Source: Alphaproteobacteria bacterium
Lineage (GTDB): Bacteria > Pseudomonadota > Alphaproteobacteria > MPNO01 > UBA830
Length of the DNA stretch: 64,000 bases
Assembly (NCBI GenBank): GCA_965243135.1
Contig: OZ251539.1
Span: 4,896,001-4,960,000 of the forward strand
Reading direction: 5' to 3'
Below, one piece after another: positions 28,118 to 38,289 of this stretch. The position numbers and the translations under genes are program-made. Positions within the stretch are counted from its first letter, which is position 1. Each line of letters begins with the position of its first letter. A model generated the notes under the pieces. The model was not told the DNA's origin. It saw only the letters and a program-made list of their open reading frames with translations, and ran no database searches.

Positions 28118-28918
28118 TCACCTCCGCAATCCGCCGCGAATATAACCGCCGACGACGATCATCCGGCAGATTGCCGGAAGGAAGAGCGCGATCGCCGACG
28201 ACAGGGTCTCGCGCATCGCGTCGTCCGGACCGGCTCCGTCGCCGGAAGGCAGAACGGCCGCTGCGGCGATTTCTCCCGCTAACGCCTCCACCCGGTCGCC
28301 CGCCGCTGCGAAACCGTCGGAAACGTCCTCCAGAATCTCCAAAAACGCGCGCAGCAAGTCCGGCCAGTCCGTGAAATGCCGGAATATCGAAGGGACGATC
28401 GTTCCGCCCACCGTCAACCTGGCCAGATCGTGGAGGAGTTCGAGCGTCGATGCCGGAAGCCCGTCGAGCGGCGCCATCGGAAGCAGGACGTCCAGCCGGC
28501 GCGCGGCCGCCGACGGAGGCCGGAACCGCGGCGCCCCGCGCGCGTCCCGGACGGCCCGCCCCAGCGCTTGCAGGCAGATGGCGTTGATCGGATTGGCGCG
28601 GTTGTAGGCATCGACGGTGCGCAGCGCGCCTTCGGCTTCGGCCCGCCGCAGCCCGAGCTCGGAAAGGGATCGACCGGCGCCGGCGGCATGCTGCGCAAGC
28701 GGCGCGACGAGACGTTGCGCATCCTGCGCGAAGGTTCCCGTTCGAAGGCCGGACTCCAGGATCGACCATGACCACTCGAGACAGCCCGGCTTCGTCGCGA
28801 GATGCCTGAAAACAAGGTTCACCAGCCTTACGCCGAGAGCGTCCGCGATCGCGTCGTAGACCAGACGGACGTCGCCGGTCGCGTCGGCCAGAGGGATTTC
28901 GGCGGGGGAAGAAGTCAT
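28118..28918 (-). CDS. DehI-like (group I haloacid dehalogenase-like) protein
   Basis: ADATGDVRLVYDAIADALGVRLVNLVFRHLA..PGCLEWSW and an internal second repeat IVPSIFRHFTDWPDLL. Confidence 0.6.
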   Translation of the reverse strand: MTSSPAEIPLADATGDVRLVYDAIADALGVRLVNLVFRHLATKPGCLEWSWSILESGLRTGTFAQDAQRLVAPLAQHAAGAGRSLSELGLRRAEAEGALRTVDAYNRANPINAICLQALGRAVRDARGAPRFRPPSAAARRLDVLLPMAPLDGLPASTLELLHDLARLTVGGTIVPSIFRHFTDWPDLLRAFLEILEDVSDGFAAAGDRVEALAGEIAAAAVLPSGDGAGPDDAMRETLSSAIALFLPAICRMIVVGGYIRGGLRR

Positions 28919-29351
28919 GCAGTGTCCAAGAATGCCTCCCCGGCTTGTAATGCCGTCCCGCGCCGCTGCCAAATGCGCGGAACGCCGGCGACGGCCCCTG
29001 GCGCAGGAAAGGCGGCGCACTGCGTGGCGAAAGAAGGCGACGCGCCGATCATGGCGCCCGCCGCGAAACGCAAGACCGCAGCCAGTGCGACGCTGCGCGC
29101 CGCCGACGTTTCGCAACCAGCGGCGGGTTCGGCGTTCAGTCCGTCGGTTCGCCGGATCCTCCGCGATTGGCGGCGCGGGCGCCGGGACTCGCCGCTTGCG
29201 CAGCGGCGCCCGGGGCTCCAACGCAGGCGCGTTCCGCGCCGGCTGCCGGCTTTCGCCCGGGACGAGGATTTTCTGGCCGCGAGCGAAATCAGTTGCTGCG
29301 CCGCGAGCGGGAACGCCTGCGGGCGGACTTGCCGACCCGGCATCGACCGCC

Positions 29352-30503
29352 TCAGATGCCCGGGACGCCGTCGAGAAGCGCCGCGGTCGCCGCCGCGATC
29401 ACGGCCTCCTCGTCGGTCGCGATCACGTGCGCAGATCGGTTCGACAGGGTGATCGTCGGCGCGTGCGCCGCGTTGGCCGCCGGGTCGAGTTCGAATCCAA
29501 GCCAGGCGAGAGCCTGGATCGTCCGCTCGCGGATCGGGGCCGCGTTCTCGCCGATGCCGCCGGTAAAAACCAGGGCGTCGAAGCCTCCCAGAGCCGCCGC
29601 GGCCGCCGCGACCTCCTGCGCGAGGCGATCTACGAACATGGTCACCGCGAGGCTGGCGGACGCATCGTCGCTCGCCAGCAGGTCGCGCATGTCCGACGAG
29701 ACGCCCGAAACGCCCAGCAGGCCCGATTGCCGATTGAGCAGGGCGTCGACCTTATCGACGTCGCCGCCGTGCCTGCTCACCAGCCAGAGCACGGCGCCGG
29801 GATCCAGCCGGCCCGGCCGGCGGCCCATGACGAGGCCGTCCAGAGGCGTGAACCCCATCGACGTATAGGCCGATTTTCCGTCGGCGACTCCCGCGAGGCT
29901 GCAGCCGTTGCCCAGATGGCAGATCACGATCCTTCCGCTCGCCCGCGCGCCGAGGACCTCCGGCAGGCGCGAAACGACGCGCTCGTAGGACAACCCGTGG
30001 AATCCGAACCGGCGGAGCCCCTCGCGCGCGTACGTCTGCGGCAACGGCATGAGTTGCCGGTGCTCGGGAATCGCGCGGTGAAACGCGGTGTCGAAGCAAG
30101 CGACCTGCGGCAGGCCGGGCAAGGCGGCGTCGACGGCGTCGATGCCAGCCAGATTGTGAGGTTGATGCGACGGGGCCAGCGGCGCCAGGTTTTCGATCTG
30201 CTTGCGAACTTCCCGATCGATCCGCACCGGTCCGGCGAACCGGGTGCCGCCGTGCACGACCCGATGCCCCACCGCGGCGATCCTTCCCGCCCGCGGCGCG
30301 ATGCGGTCGCGGATCAGATGGGCGACGATGGCGTCGTGGCGCTCGATGCCGGCCGGCAGGCCGCTTCCGTCGTCGAAACGCGGTTCGAGCCCGCTGCCGA
30401 TATTCTCCACGTAGCCGCGATGCAGCGGCGCGCGCCGAAGGTCGAATAAGGCGAACTTGACCGAGGACGAACCGCAATTGATCGCCAGCAGGGTTTCGGT
30501 CAT
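29352..30503 (-). CDS. ackA: Acetate/propionate kinase
   Basis: AINCGSSSVKF, GHRVVHGG, FDTAFH, GFHGLSY, HLGNGCS, TSMGFTPLDG and FTGGIGEN. Confidence 0.95.
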   Translation of the reverse strand: MTETLLAINCGSSSVKFALFDLRRAPLHRGYVENIGSGLEPRFDDGSGLPAGIERHDAIVAHLIRDRIAPRAGRIAAVGHRVVHGGTRFAGPVRIDREVRKQIENLAPLAPSHQPHNLAGIDAVDAALPGLPQVACFDTAFHRAIPEHRQLMPLPQTYAREGLRRFGFHGLSYERVVSRLPEVLGARASGRIVICHLGNGCSLAGVADGKSAYTSMGFTPLDGLVMGRRPGRLDPGAVLWLVSRHGGDVDKVDALLNRQSGLLGVSGVSSDMRDLLASDDASASLAVTMFVDRLAQEVAAAAAALGGFDALVFTGGIGENAAPIRERTIQALAWLGFELDPAANAAHAPTITLSNRSAHVIATDEEAVIAAATAALLDGVPGI

Positions 30504-30656
30504 CCGAACTTCTCCCGAACGGGCCGACGCGCCATCCAATCAGCCGAACCGCCGGTCCGCAAGGCCGACGGCGGGCCCGGTCGGCAGCGTCGCCTCGCGG
30601 CGGCCGCGAATTCGCGCTATTTTGGAGATATCGGGTCCGCAGCAGGGAGTGTCGCC

Positions 30657-31778
30657 ATGGCGAGCAGCGAGGGTCTGCGCGAAGTCGGGTTCTTCGACTG
30701 CGCTGGAGGAGGGCAGGTGCGCGTCGACGGCGCCACCGCCTATATCGGACACATGGCCAATCCGTTCGGCACCAGCATCGTCGACGTCTCCGATCCGGCC
30801 AACCCCGCGCTTCTTTCCCATGTCGGCATGCCGGCCGGAACGCATGCGCACAAGGTGCACGGGCGCGGCGACATCATGGTTCGCAACCACGAACTGATCG
30901 GTCCCGGCAAGCCGGACGATTTCGCGACCGGCATCGGAATCTACGACGTATCGGACAAGCGCAATCCAAGGCCGATAACGACCTGGGACACGGTCGGCCG
31001 CGGCGTGCATCGCTTCGATTTCGACGGCCGGTACGTCTACTTCTCGTCGACCGTCGAGGGCTTCAGGGGTCCGATCATGGTGGTGCTGGATCTGCAGGAT
31101 CCGGCGAACCCGGAAGAGGTCTGCAAATGGTGGATTCCGGGCCAGTGGGAAGCGGGCGGCGAGGAATACGCGTGGGCGAACGGTCCCGAGCCGCGCTGCC
31201 ATCACCCGCTGCGGATGGGCGACCGCCTGTACGTCAGCTACTGGCATCACGGCTTCTTCATCCTCGATATCGCCGATCTGGCCAATCCGCGCCTTGTGTC
31301 GGGCTTCAACACCGGCCCGACCTTTCCGCACCCGACGCACACCGCGCTGCCGATTCCTTTCGAGGTCAAGGGCCACAGGATCCTCGTCGTCGCCGACGAG
31401 GACGTCGCCAAGTTGCGTCCGCATGCCCCTGCGTTCGCCTGGATCGTCGACGTCACCGACGAATCCAACCCGATCCCGATCTCCACCTTTCAGGTCGCAG
31501 GGCTCGACCCCGACGGCGCGCCGCAGCAGCCCTATACCGGCTGCCATCAACCCTGCGAAATCGTGACCGGAGAGGTCATTCCCTTCGCCTGGTTCGCGAA
31601 GGGTCTCAGGATGATCGACATCTCGGAGCCGCATGCGCCCCGCGAAACGGGTCATTTCGAGCCGGATCCGCAGCCGGGCTGCGACCGCCTCTGCGCGAAC
31701 GACGTCACCGTCGACGACCGCGGATTGATCTACGTGATCGACAGGCTGCGGGGCATGCACATCGTCGAGCCCGCGTAG
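30657..31778 (+). CDS. LVIVD-repeat beta-propeller protein
   Basis: Repeats TSIVDVSDPANP, IYDVSDKRNP, VLDLQDPANP, ILDIADLANP, IVDVTDESNP and MIDISEPHAP. Confidence 0.88.
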   Translation: MASSEGLREVGFFDCAGGGQVRVDGATAYIGHMANPFGTSIVDVSDPANPALLSHVGMPAGTHAHKVHGRGDIMVRNHELIGPGKPDDFATGIGIYDVSDKRNPRPITTWDTVGRGVHRFDFDGRYVYFSSTVEGFRGPIMVVLDLQDPANPEEVCKWWIPGQWEAGGEEYAWANGPEPRCHHPLRMGDRLYVSYWHHGFFILDIADLANPRLVSGFNTGPTFPHPTHTALPIPFEVKGHRILVVADEDVAKLRPHAPAFAWIVDVTDESNPIPISTFQVAGLDPDGAPQQPYTGCHQPCEIVTGEVIPFAWFAKGLRMIDISEPHAPRETGHFEPDPQPGCDRLCANDVTVDDRGLIYVIDRLRGMHIVEPA

Positions 31779-32012
31779 AGGAGGCCGGCGTCCCGTCGGC
31801 GGGCGACGCCCGCCCGTCCATCCATCTTCCCCATTGCCGGGCGTCGTGAGGAAAAATCTCCGCGTATTGGCGCAGTCACGAAAAATTATTTCTAAAATCG
31901 ATGAAGCACTCAGAAAATTAGAATTTATTTTCAATAGTACCGTTTTTTGCGGTTGAATTTTGCGATTGCCGTTCTTAACTTCGCGGCACGGGCGAAAATC
32001 GAGCGGCGGCGA

Positions 32013-33344
32013 ATGCGGCATCTTCCTGTCTTCTTCGACATTGCGGAACGAACCTGCCTCGTCGTCGGCGACGGGGAAGCCGCCGCAAGGAAAATCGTCC
32101 TTCTGCGGCGAGCCGGCGGTCGCGTCCGCGTCTCTTCTCCCCAGCGCGCGCTCGCTTCGGCCCGCGGCGCGGCCGCCGATCGCCTTCCCGACGTTTTCGA
32201 CGGCTGCGCGCTCGTCGTCTCGGCGACCGGCGACCGAGCGGTCGACGCCGTCGTTTCGCGCGAGGCGAAACGACGGGGCATTCCGGTCAACGTGGTGGAC
32301 GCCCCCGCGCTCTGCACCTTTCAGATACCGGCGATCGTCGACCGCGATCCAGTTCTGGTGGCGATCTCGACCGGCGGCGCGGCGCCGGTTCTCGCGCGCT
32401 GGATCCGCCGCCGGATCGAGCGGGCGTTGCCCGCCGCGCTCGATCGCCTGGGCCGGTTCGCCGCGCGATGGCGAAGCGCGCTGCAGCGAGCCGGCGCATC
32501 GAGGCAAGTCTGGGAAGACGCCTTCGACGGCCCCGCCGCGGAACTCGCGCTGCAAGGCCGCGACGACGAAGCCGACCGCGCGATGCGGGCGCTGCTCGCC
32601 GCCGACAGGCCGGCGACCGGCGTCGTCCATCTCGTGGGGGCCGGGCCGGGCGATCCGGAACTGCTGACGCTCAAGGCCCACCGCCTGCTGCAGAGCGCGG
32701 ACGCCATCGTCTACGACCGGCTGATCCCGGAGGCCGTGCTGAACCTCGCCCGCCGCGACGCGGATCTCGTCTACGCCGGAAAAGCGCCCGGCGCGCACGC
32801 CATGCCGCAGAACGAGATCAACGACCTGCTGGTGGCTCTCGGCAGCGAGGGGAAGCGGGTGGTCAGGCTGAAGGGAGGCGACCCCTTCGTCTTCGGGCGC
32901 GGCGGCGAGGAAATGCTGGCCGTGGAAGCGGCCGGAATCCCCTGTCACGTCGTTCCCGGAATTACCGCGGCGACGGGCTGCGCGGCGGCAGCGGGCGTTC
33001 CGCTCACCCATCGCGGCGTCGCCCGCAGCTGCGCTTTCGTCACGGGGCATGGCGGCGCGGAAGACTGGGCGGCGCTCGCCCGCGGCGACCGGACGATCGT
33101 CGTGCATATGGGCAGATCCGCGCTGCCGGACGTCGCCGGCCGATTGCTGCGGCGCGGCCTGCCCGCCGGAACGCCGGTCGCGGTGATCGAGAACGGAACC
33201 GCCGAGGACCAGCGCGTCGTCACGGGCACGCTGGCGACGATCGCCGGGAAGGCCCGGCGCCTGACCGGCCCGGCGCTCGCCATCATCGGAGAGACGGCGG
33301 CGTTCGCGCGCTCGCCCGCCCGTCCCGAACGCCTTGCCGCCTGA
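32013..33344 (+). CDS. cysG: Siroheme synthase
   Basis: MRHLPVFF, VNVVDAPALCTF, LVGAGPGDPELLTLKA and RLKGGDPFVFGRGGEE. Confidence 0.95.
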   Translation: MRHLPVFFDIAERTCLVVGDGEAAARKIVLLRRAGGRVRVSSPQRALASARGAAADRLPDVFDGCALVVSATGDRAVDAVVSREAKRRGIPVNVVDAPALCTFQIPAIVDRDPVLVAISTGGAAPVLARWIRRRIERALPAALDRLGRFAARWRSALQRAGASRQVWEDAFDGPAAELALQGRDDEADRAMRALLAADRPATGVVHLVGAGPGDPELLTLKAHRLLQSADAIVYDRLIPEAVLNLARRDADLVYAGKAPGAHAMPQNEINDLLVALGSEGKRVVRLKGGDPFVFGRGGEEMLAVEAAGIPCHVVPGITAATGCAAAAGVPLTHRGVARSCAFVTGHGGAEDWAALARGDRTIVVHMGRSALPDVAGRLLRRGLPAGTPVAVIENGTAEDQRVVTGTLATIAGKARRLTGPALAIIGETAAFARSPARPERLAA

Positions 33345-33355
33345 GGAGATCGACA

Positions 33356-33640
33356 GTGAGAATTCTGACCGCGAACAGGCTCGCCGACGGGCGCGTCGTC
33401 TATCTGGGGGCCGGCGGATGGAGCCGGGATCCCTCCGCGGCCCGCCGCGCGCGCGACGACCGGGAAGCCGCGCTGCTCGACGCCGAAGGCCGAAGGGCGG
33501 CGGCGGAGAACCGCGTAACCGATCCGTATCTGATCGAACTCGCGGACGGCGTCCCGGCGCGCCGCCGGGAGAGAATCCGGGCGCTCGGACCGACCGTGCG
33601 CGCCGACCTCGCCCGCCGGACCGGAAAAGGAGAAGGATAG
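33356..33640 (+). CDS. DUF2849 protein (sulfite reductase-associated)
   Basis: ILTANRLADGRVVYL...DPYLI...RERIRALGPTVR; GGAG RBS and GTG start. Confidence 0.88.
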   Translation: MRILTANRLADGRVVYLGAGGWSRDPSAARRARDDREAALLDAEGRRAAAENRVTDPYLIELADGVPARRRERIRALGPTVRADLARRTGKGEG

Positions 33641-33642
33641 AC

Positions 33643-35283
33643 ATGTACCGCTACGACGAATTCGACCGGACTCTCGTCGCCGAGCGCGTCGCGCAGTTCC
33701 GCGACCAGACGGCGCGCCGGCTGTCGGGAGAGCTGACGGAAGAGCAGTTCAAGCCGCTCCGGCTGATGAACGGCCTGTATCTGCAGTTGCACGGCTACAT
33801 GCTGCGCGTCGCCGTCCCCTACGGGACCCTGTCGTCCGTGCAGATGAGACGCCTCGCGCGCGTCGCGCGGGTCTACGATCGCGGCTACGGCCACTTCACG
33901 ACGCGGCAAAACGTCCAGTTCAACTGGCCGCGCCTCGTCGACGCGCCGGACATTCTGGAAGAACTCGCCGAAGTCGGGATGCACGCGATGCAGACTTCGG
34001 GCAACTGCATCCGAAACGTGACGTCGGATCCCTACGCGGGCGCCGCCCGGGACGAGATCGAGGATCCGCGCGTCTACGCGGAAATCGTCCGCCAGTGGTC
34101 CACCCTGCACCCCGAGTTCTCCTTCCTCCCTCGCAAGTTCAAGATCGCGGTCACCGGCGCTCCCGCCGACCGGACGGCGGCGAAACTGCACGACATTGGC
34201 CTCGCGATGGTGCGAAACGGCGACGGGGAGGCCGGTTTTCGCGTCGACGTGGGCGGCGGGCAGGGGCGGACCCCGGCGATCGCGGAGACCATCCGGGGAT
34301 TCTTGCCGAAGCGCGACCTGCTGCCCTATCTGGAGGCGATCCTGCGCGTCTACAACCTGCTGGGGCGGCGGGACAACCTCTACAAGGCGCGCGTCAAGAT
34401 CCTGGTCCGGTCCGAAGGCGTCGACCGGTTCGCGGCGCGCGTCGAGGAGGAATTCGGCCGTCTGCGGGGCGGCGCCCTGACGCTGCCGCCGGAAGAAATC
34501 GCGCGCATTGAAGCCCGCTTCGCGGCGCCGTCCTACGAGGCGGCGGAAGAGCGGTCCGTTCCTGCGGGCGGCGGCGCGGAGTTCGCCGACTGGCTGCGCG
34601 CGAATGTCGCGCCGCACAAGCGCCCCGGCTACGCGATCGTCAACATTTCGCTCAAGCCGCCGGGCGGCATTCCGGGCGACGCGTCGGCAGGTCAGATGGA
34701 AGCGGTCGCCGACCTCGCGGAACGTCACTCCATGTCCGACATCCGCGTCACCCACGAACAGAATCTCGTCCTCCCGCACGTGCGGCAGGACCGGCTCCTC
34801 GATCTCTGGCTGGCGCTCGGGATCCATGGCCTCGCGACGGCCAATATCGGCCGCGCCGGCGACATCATAGCCTGTCCCGGCCTCGACTACTGCAACCTGG
34901 CGAGCGCGCGGTCGATTCCGGTCGCGCAACGGATCGGAGAACGCCTCGAGGGCCGGCAACGCGGCATCGGCCCGCTCACGATCAACATTTCGGGCTGCGT
35001 CAACGCGTGCGGCCACCACCACGTGGGCAATATCGGCCTTCTCGGCGTCGAGAAGAACGGCGAGGAGTTCTATCAGGTCACGCTCGGCGGGCGCGCCGAC
35101 GAAGACGCCGCGATCGGCAGGATCGTCGGTCCCGCGTTTTCCCGCGACGAGGCGCCGGCCGCCGTCGAAACCATCGTGGATACCTATCTGGAGCAACGCG
35201 AGGACGAGAGCGAAAGCTTCGTCGACGCCTATATCCGGCTCGGAGAAGCCCCGTTCAGGGAGGCGTTGAATGCCGCTCGTTAA
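33643..35283 (+). CDS. cysI: Nitrite/sulfite reductase hemoprotein (ferredoxin-type)
   Basis: MYRYDEFD, HFTTRQNVQ, LPRKFKIA, ACPGLDYC and ISGCVNACGHHH (siroheme/4Fe-4S Cys). Confidence 0.92.
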   Translation: MYRYDEFDRTLVAERVAQFRDQTARRLSGELTEEQFKPLRLMNGLYLQLHGYMLRVAVPYGTLSSVQMRRLARVARVYDRGYGHFTTRQNVQFNWPRLVDAPDILEELAEVGMHAMQTSGNCIRNVTSDPYAGAARDEIEDPRVYAEIVRQWSTLHPEFSFLPRKFKIAVTGAPADRTAAKLHDIGLAMVRNGDGEAGFRVDVGGGQGRTPAIAETIRGFLPKRDLLPYLEAILRVYNLLGRRDNLYKARVKILVRSEGVDRFAARVEEEFGRLRGGALTLPPEEIARIEARFAAPSYEAAEERSVPAGGGAEFADWLRANVAPHKRPGYAIVNISLKPPGGIPGDASAGQMEAVADLAERHSMSDIRVTHEQNLVLPHVRQDRLLDLWLALGIHGLATANIGRAGDIIACPGLDYCNLASARSIPVAQRIGERLEGRQRGIGPLTINISGCVNACGHHHVGNIGLLGVEKNGEEFYQVTLGGRADEDAAIGRIVGPAFSRDEAPAAVETIVDTYLEQREDESESFVDAYIRLGEAPFREALNAAR

Positions 35284-35776
35284 GAATCGGAAAATCGTCG
35301 AGGACGGCTGGATCCATGTCGCCGACGGCGACGAGGTTCCGGCGTCCGGCGCCGTCATCGTCGGCGCCGGACGCTGGATCGCCGAACGCGAATCGCTGAC
35401 GCGGCGCAACGCTCCCGTCGGCGTCCTGCTTCGCAACGACCAGGATCCGGCGGAAGTGGCGGCGGATCTTGATCGTTTCGGCGTCGTCGCGCTCGAGTTT
35501 CCATCGTTCAGGGACGGCCGCGCCTATACCCAGGCGCGCCTGCTGCGGGAGCGGTACGGGTTTCGCGGCGAACTGCGCGCCACCGGAGAGGTGCTGCGCG
35601 ACCAGGCGCCCTTCATGCGGAGATGCGGCATCGACGCGTTCGAAACAGGCAGCGGCGCCGACGCCGGAGCGTTCGCAAGGGCGATCTCCGAAATAAGCGT
35701 TTTCTATCAGCCCGACGCCGACGGAAGCGGCCCGGCGGCGGCGCGCCGCGGGGCGACGGCCAGCTGGGCTTACTGA
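35270..35776 (+). CDS. DUF934 protein (sulfite reduction-associated)
   Basis: FPSFRDGRAYTQARLLRERYGFRGELRATGEVLRDQ and RCGIDAF. Confidence 0.92.
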   Translation: MPLVKNRKIVEDGWIHVADGDEVPASGAVIVGAGRWIAERESLTRRNAPVGVLLRNDQDPAEVAADLDRFGVVALEFPSFRDGRAYTQARLLRERYGFRGELRATGEVLRDQAPFMRRCGIDAFETGSGADAGAFARAISEISVFYQPDADGSGPAAARRGATASWAY

Positions 35777-35844
35777 CTCCCGACTCCGCTCCGTCTTCAA
35801 GATGCTATGCTGGCGGCCGTACGCAACCTGCGAGCGAGGGAGGC

Positions 35845-36975
35845 ATGACGGCAAGCAACCGCGACGCTCGGCTCGCGGCGCTCTACGACCGGCTCGAACG
35901 GCTCGACATGGCGCCCTACTGGGCGGTTCGCAACGACGCGAACGACCACGACGAGGACGGGCAGGTTCTGAAGGGACGCCATGCGACGCCGTTCGCATGG
36001 AAATACGCCGATATCGAACCGCTGCTCCGCGACGCGGCGGAACTGATCACGATGGACGATTCCGAACGCCGCTCCATCGTCCTGGTCAATCCGGGCCTGG
36101 CGCCGGTTTGCGCCACGGTGTCCACCCTCTATACGGCCTATCGCCTGAACGATCCCCGCGAAGTCATGCCCCCGCATCGCCATTCGATCAACGCCGTGAG
36201 AGTCGGCCTGACGGGCAGCCGGAATTTCACGGGCGTCGAGGGCGAACCGATCACCTTCGGTCCGGGCGACGTGGTGCTCACCCCGGCGGACGCCTGGCAC
36301 AACCACGGCAATCACGGGGACGAATTCGCCGTCAACGTGAGCGTCCTCGATCTGCCGCTTTCGGAAGTGCTCAACGCAGCCAGCTTCGAGCACGGATATT
36401 CCGAAGGGGAAGGCGGCGAGAAGATCTCGCGGCGCGAACAGTCCGTCCGTTTTCGCGACGACCACTCGCACCGAACCTACGGCCACGGCGGGTTGAGGCC
36501 GCGCTTCGTCGACCACGCGCGCGGCACCGGGCGGCATTCGCCGATGTACGTGTACAGGTGGCAACGAACGCGGGAACTGCTCGACGCCTTTCGCGACCAC
36601 GACGGCAATCCCTGGGACGCGATCATGGTCGAGTATACGGATCCCGTTTCCGGCCGGACCGTTTATCCGACGATGACGTTCTTCGGCCAGCTTCTGAGGC
36701 CCGGAGAGCGCACCCGCCCGCAGCGGCAGAACGCGAGTCTGGTTTGCATCCCGTTCCACGGCAGGGGATACAGCGAGATCGGCGGACGGAGGTTCGATTG
36801 GGAACCGTTCGACGCGGTCGCCGTGCCGGGCGGCCATTGGTACGAACACGCCAACGGCTCCGATTCGGAAGACGCAATCCTGTTCGTTGCAAGCGACGAG
36901 CCGACGCTGAAAGCTCTCGGCTTTTACAGGCGCCACGGACGGACGGACGACGGCGCGGTCGTCGAGCTGGATTAA
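35845..36975 (+). CDS. Gentisate 1,2-dioxygenase-like bicupin
   Basis: ERRSIVLVNPG, PPHRHS, GDVVLTPADAWHNHGN, VEYTDPVSG and LFVASDEP. Confidence 0.85.
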   Translation: MTASNRDARLAALYDRLERLDMAPYWAVRNDANDHDEDGQVLKGRHATPFAWKYADIEPLLRDAAELITMDDSERRSIVLVNPGLAPVCATVSTLYTAYRLNDPREVMPPHRHSINAVRVGLTGSRNFTGVEGEPITFGPGDVVLTPADAWHNHGNHGDEFAVNVSVLDLPLSEVLNAASFEHGYSEGEGGEKISRREQSVRFRDDHSHRTYGHGGLRPRFVDHARGTGRHSPMYVYRWQRTRELLDAFRDHDGNPWDAIMVEYTDPVSGRTVYPTMTFFGQLLRPGERTRPQRQNASLVCIPFHGRGYSEIGGRRFDWEPFDAVAVPGGHWYEHANGSDSEDAILFVASDEPTLKALGFYRRHGRTDDGAVVELD

Positions 36976-37123
36976 CGGCGCTTGCCGGAAGTTCATGTCG
37001 GCCGTTTTCGCGGGCCGCCGGCTCGCCGGCCGAGCGAACGCGACGGCCCTCCCGGAACCTTCTTCCCGCCGCCGGCCGTGACGAGACCCCCGCGGCGGAA
37101 ACGGCTCTCGCCGCGACGCCCGC

Positions 37124-38137
37124 CTACGGCCTGCGCGACTTCGCCAGAACGACCGTCGCGTATATCGTCTGAAACAACAGGAACGGCAGAAACGCCAGCC
37201 AGCCGTCTTCAGGCGGCAGCCGGATCAGAACGAGCGCGCCGAGGCCCTGCGCGACGGCGACGCCGAAATGAAACAGGCTGACTTGCGCATGGGTAAGGCC
37301 CGTGCCGGTCATCAATTGATAGAGGTGCTCGCGGTGCGCCTGGGTGATGTTTTCCCCTCGCAACGCCCGCCGGCAGAACGTGAAGACCGTGTCGAAAATG
37401 AAATTGAAGAACAGAAGAGGGACGACCAGGAGCGATGCGGACGCCGGATCGGCGGCGGCGACCGCGAGGGCGGCGAGGGCGAACCCGACGAACAGGCTCC
37501 CGACATCGCCCATGAACAGCCGCGCCCGGGGAAAGTTGAAGACCAGAAATCCGGCCACGCTCGCCGCCAGGGCGACGCAGAGAACGGGAACGAACGGCGG
37601 ATCGCCCGAAAGCGTCGCCGCGGCGAGAAAAGCGGCGGCGATCACGGCCGTGCCTCCGGCAAGGCCGTCGATGCCGTCCATGAAATTGAAGATGTTGGTC
37701 ATTGCGACGAGCCATGCGAGCGTCACGGCGAAACCGGCCCAACCGAGGCCGACCGCGCCGACGCCGGGCACCGGAAAATGCGTGAACGCAATGCCCGACG
37801 CCGGCACCGCAGCCGCCGCGGCGATCTGGACGGCGAGCTTGACCCTGAACGTCGCGAAGCGCCCGAGATCGTCGAGAAGGCCGATCAGCGCCATGCCCGC
37901 CGCCGCCGCGGCGATCGCCGCCGCTCCGCAGGCGAGTCCGTCTTCCGTCGCCCAGACGAAAGCGAGACCGACCGCGAACGCGGCGAAGATCCCTATTCCC
38001 CCGGTGGAAGGCGTCGGCCGCTCGTGACTCGATCGGGCGTTGGGCACGTCGAGGACGCCGAGGCGCATGACCAGCATGCAGACGCAGACGGAAACGAAGA
38101 AGAGGACTATTGCAAGCAGAAAATACGACGCAGGCAT
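37124..38137 (-). CDS. MraY/WecA family polyprenyl-phosphate sugar-1-phosphate transferase
   Basis: PNARSSH..PTP..GG, GLLDD, NFMDGIDG, FMGDVGS and HREHLYQ. Confidence 0.93.
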   Translation of the reverse strand: MPASYFLLAIVLFFVSVCVCMLVMRLGVLDVPNARSSHERPTPSTGGIGIFAAFAVGLAFVWATEDGLACGAAAIAAAAAGMALIGLLDDLGRFATFRVKLAVQIAAAAAVPASGIAFTHFPVPGVGAVGLGWAGFAVTLAWLVAMTNIFNFMDGIDGLAGGTAVIAAAFLAAATLSGDPPFVPVLCVALAASVAGFLVFNFPRARLFMGDVGSLFVGFALAALAVAAADPASASLLVVPLLFFNFIFDTVFTFCRRALRGENITQAHREHLYQLMTGTGLTHAQVSLFHFGVAVAQGLGALVLIRLPPEDGWLAFLPFLLFQTIYATVVLAKSRRP

Positions 38138-38289
38138 GCTCCTCTCCCGGCGCGAACCGGGCCGTCCTCCGTGCCTCGCGAACGGTCGCCCCCCGGCGAA
38201 CGTGCCGCCGTCCGTCCGGTTGCGCGGACCATCTCGAAAGATATCATGGGAAAGGCGCAACCTCAACGGATCGCGACGGGAGGCGAATC

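Noticed and set aside
30540-33644. 1034-aa minus-strand ORF (and similar long ORFs at 7612, 13461, 19992, 33400, 50529)
   Set aside because: Arg/Gly/Ala-rich antisense or off-frame shadows of real genes, with no motifs.
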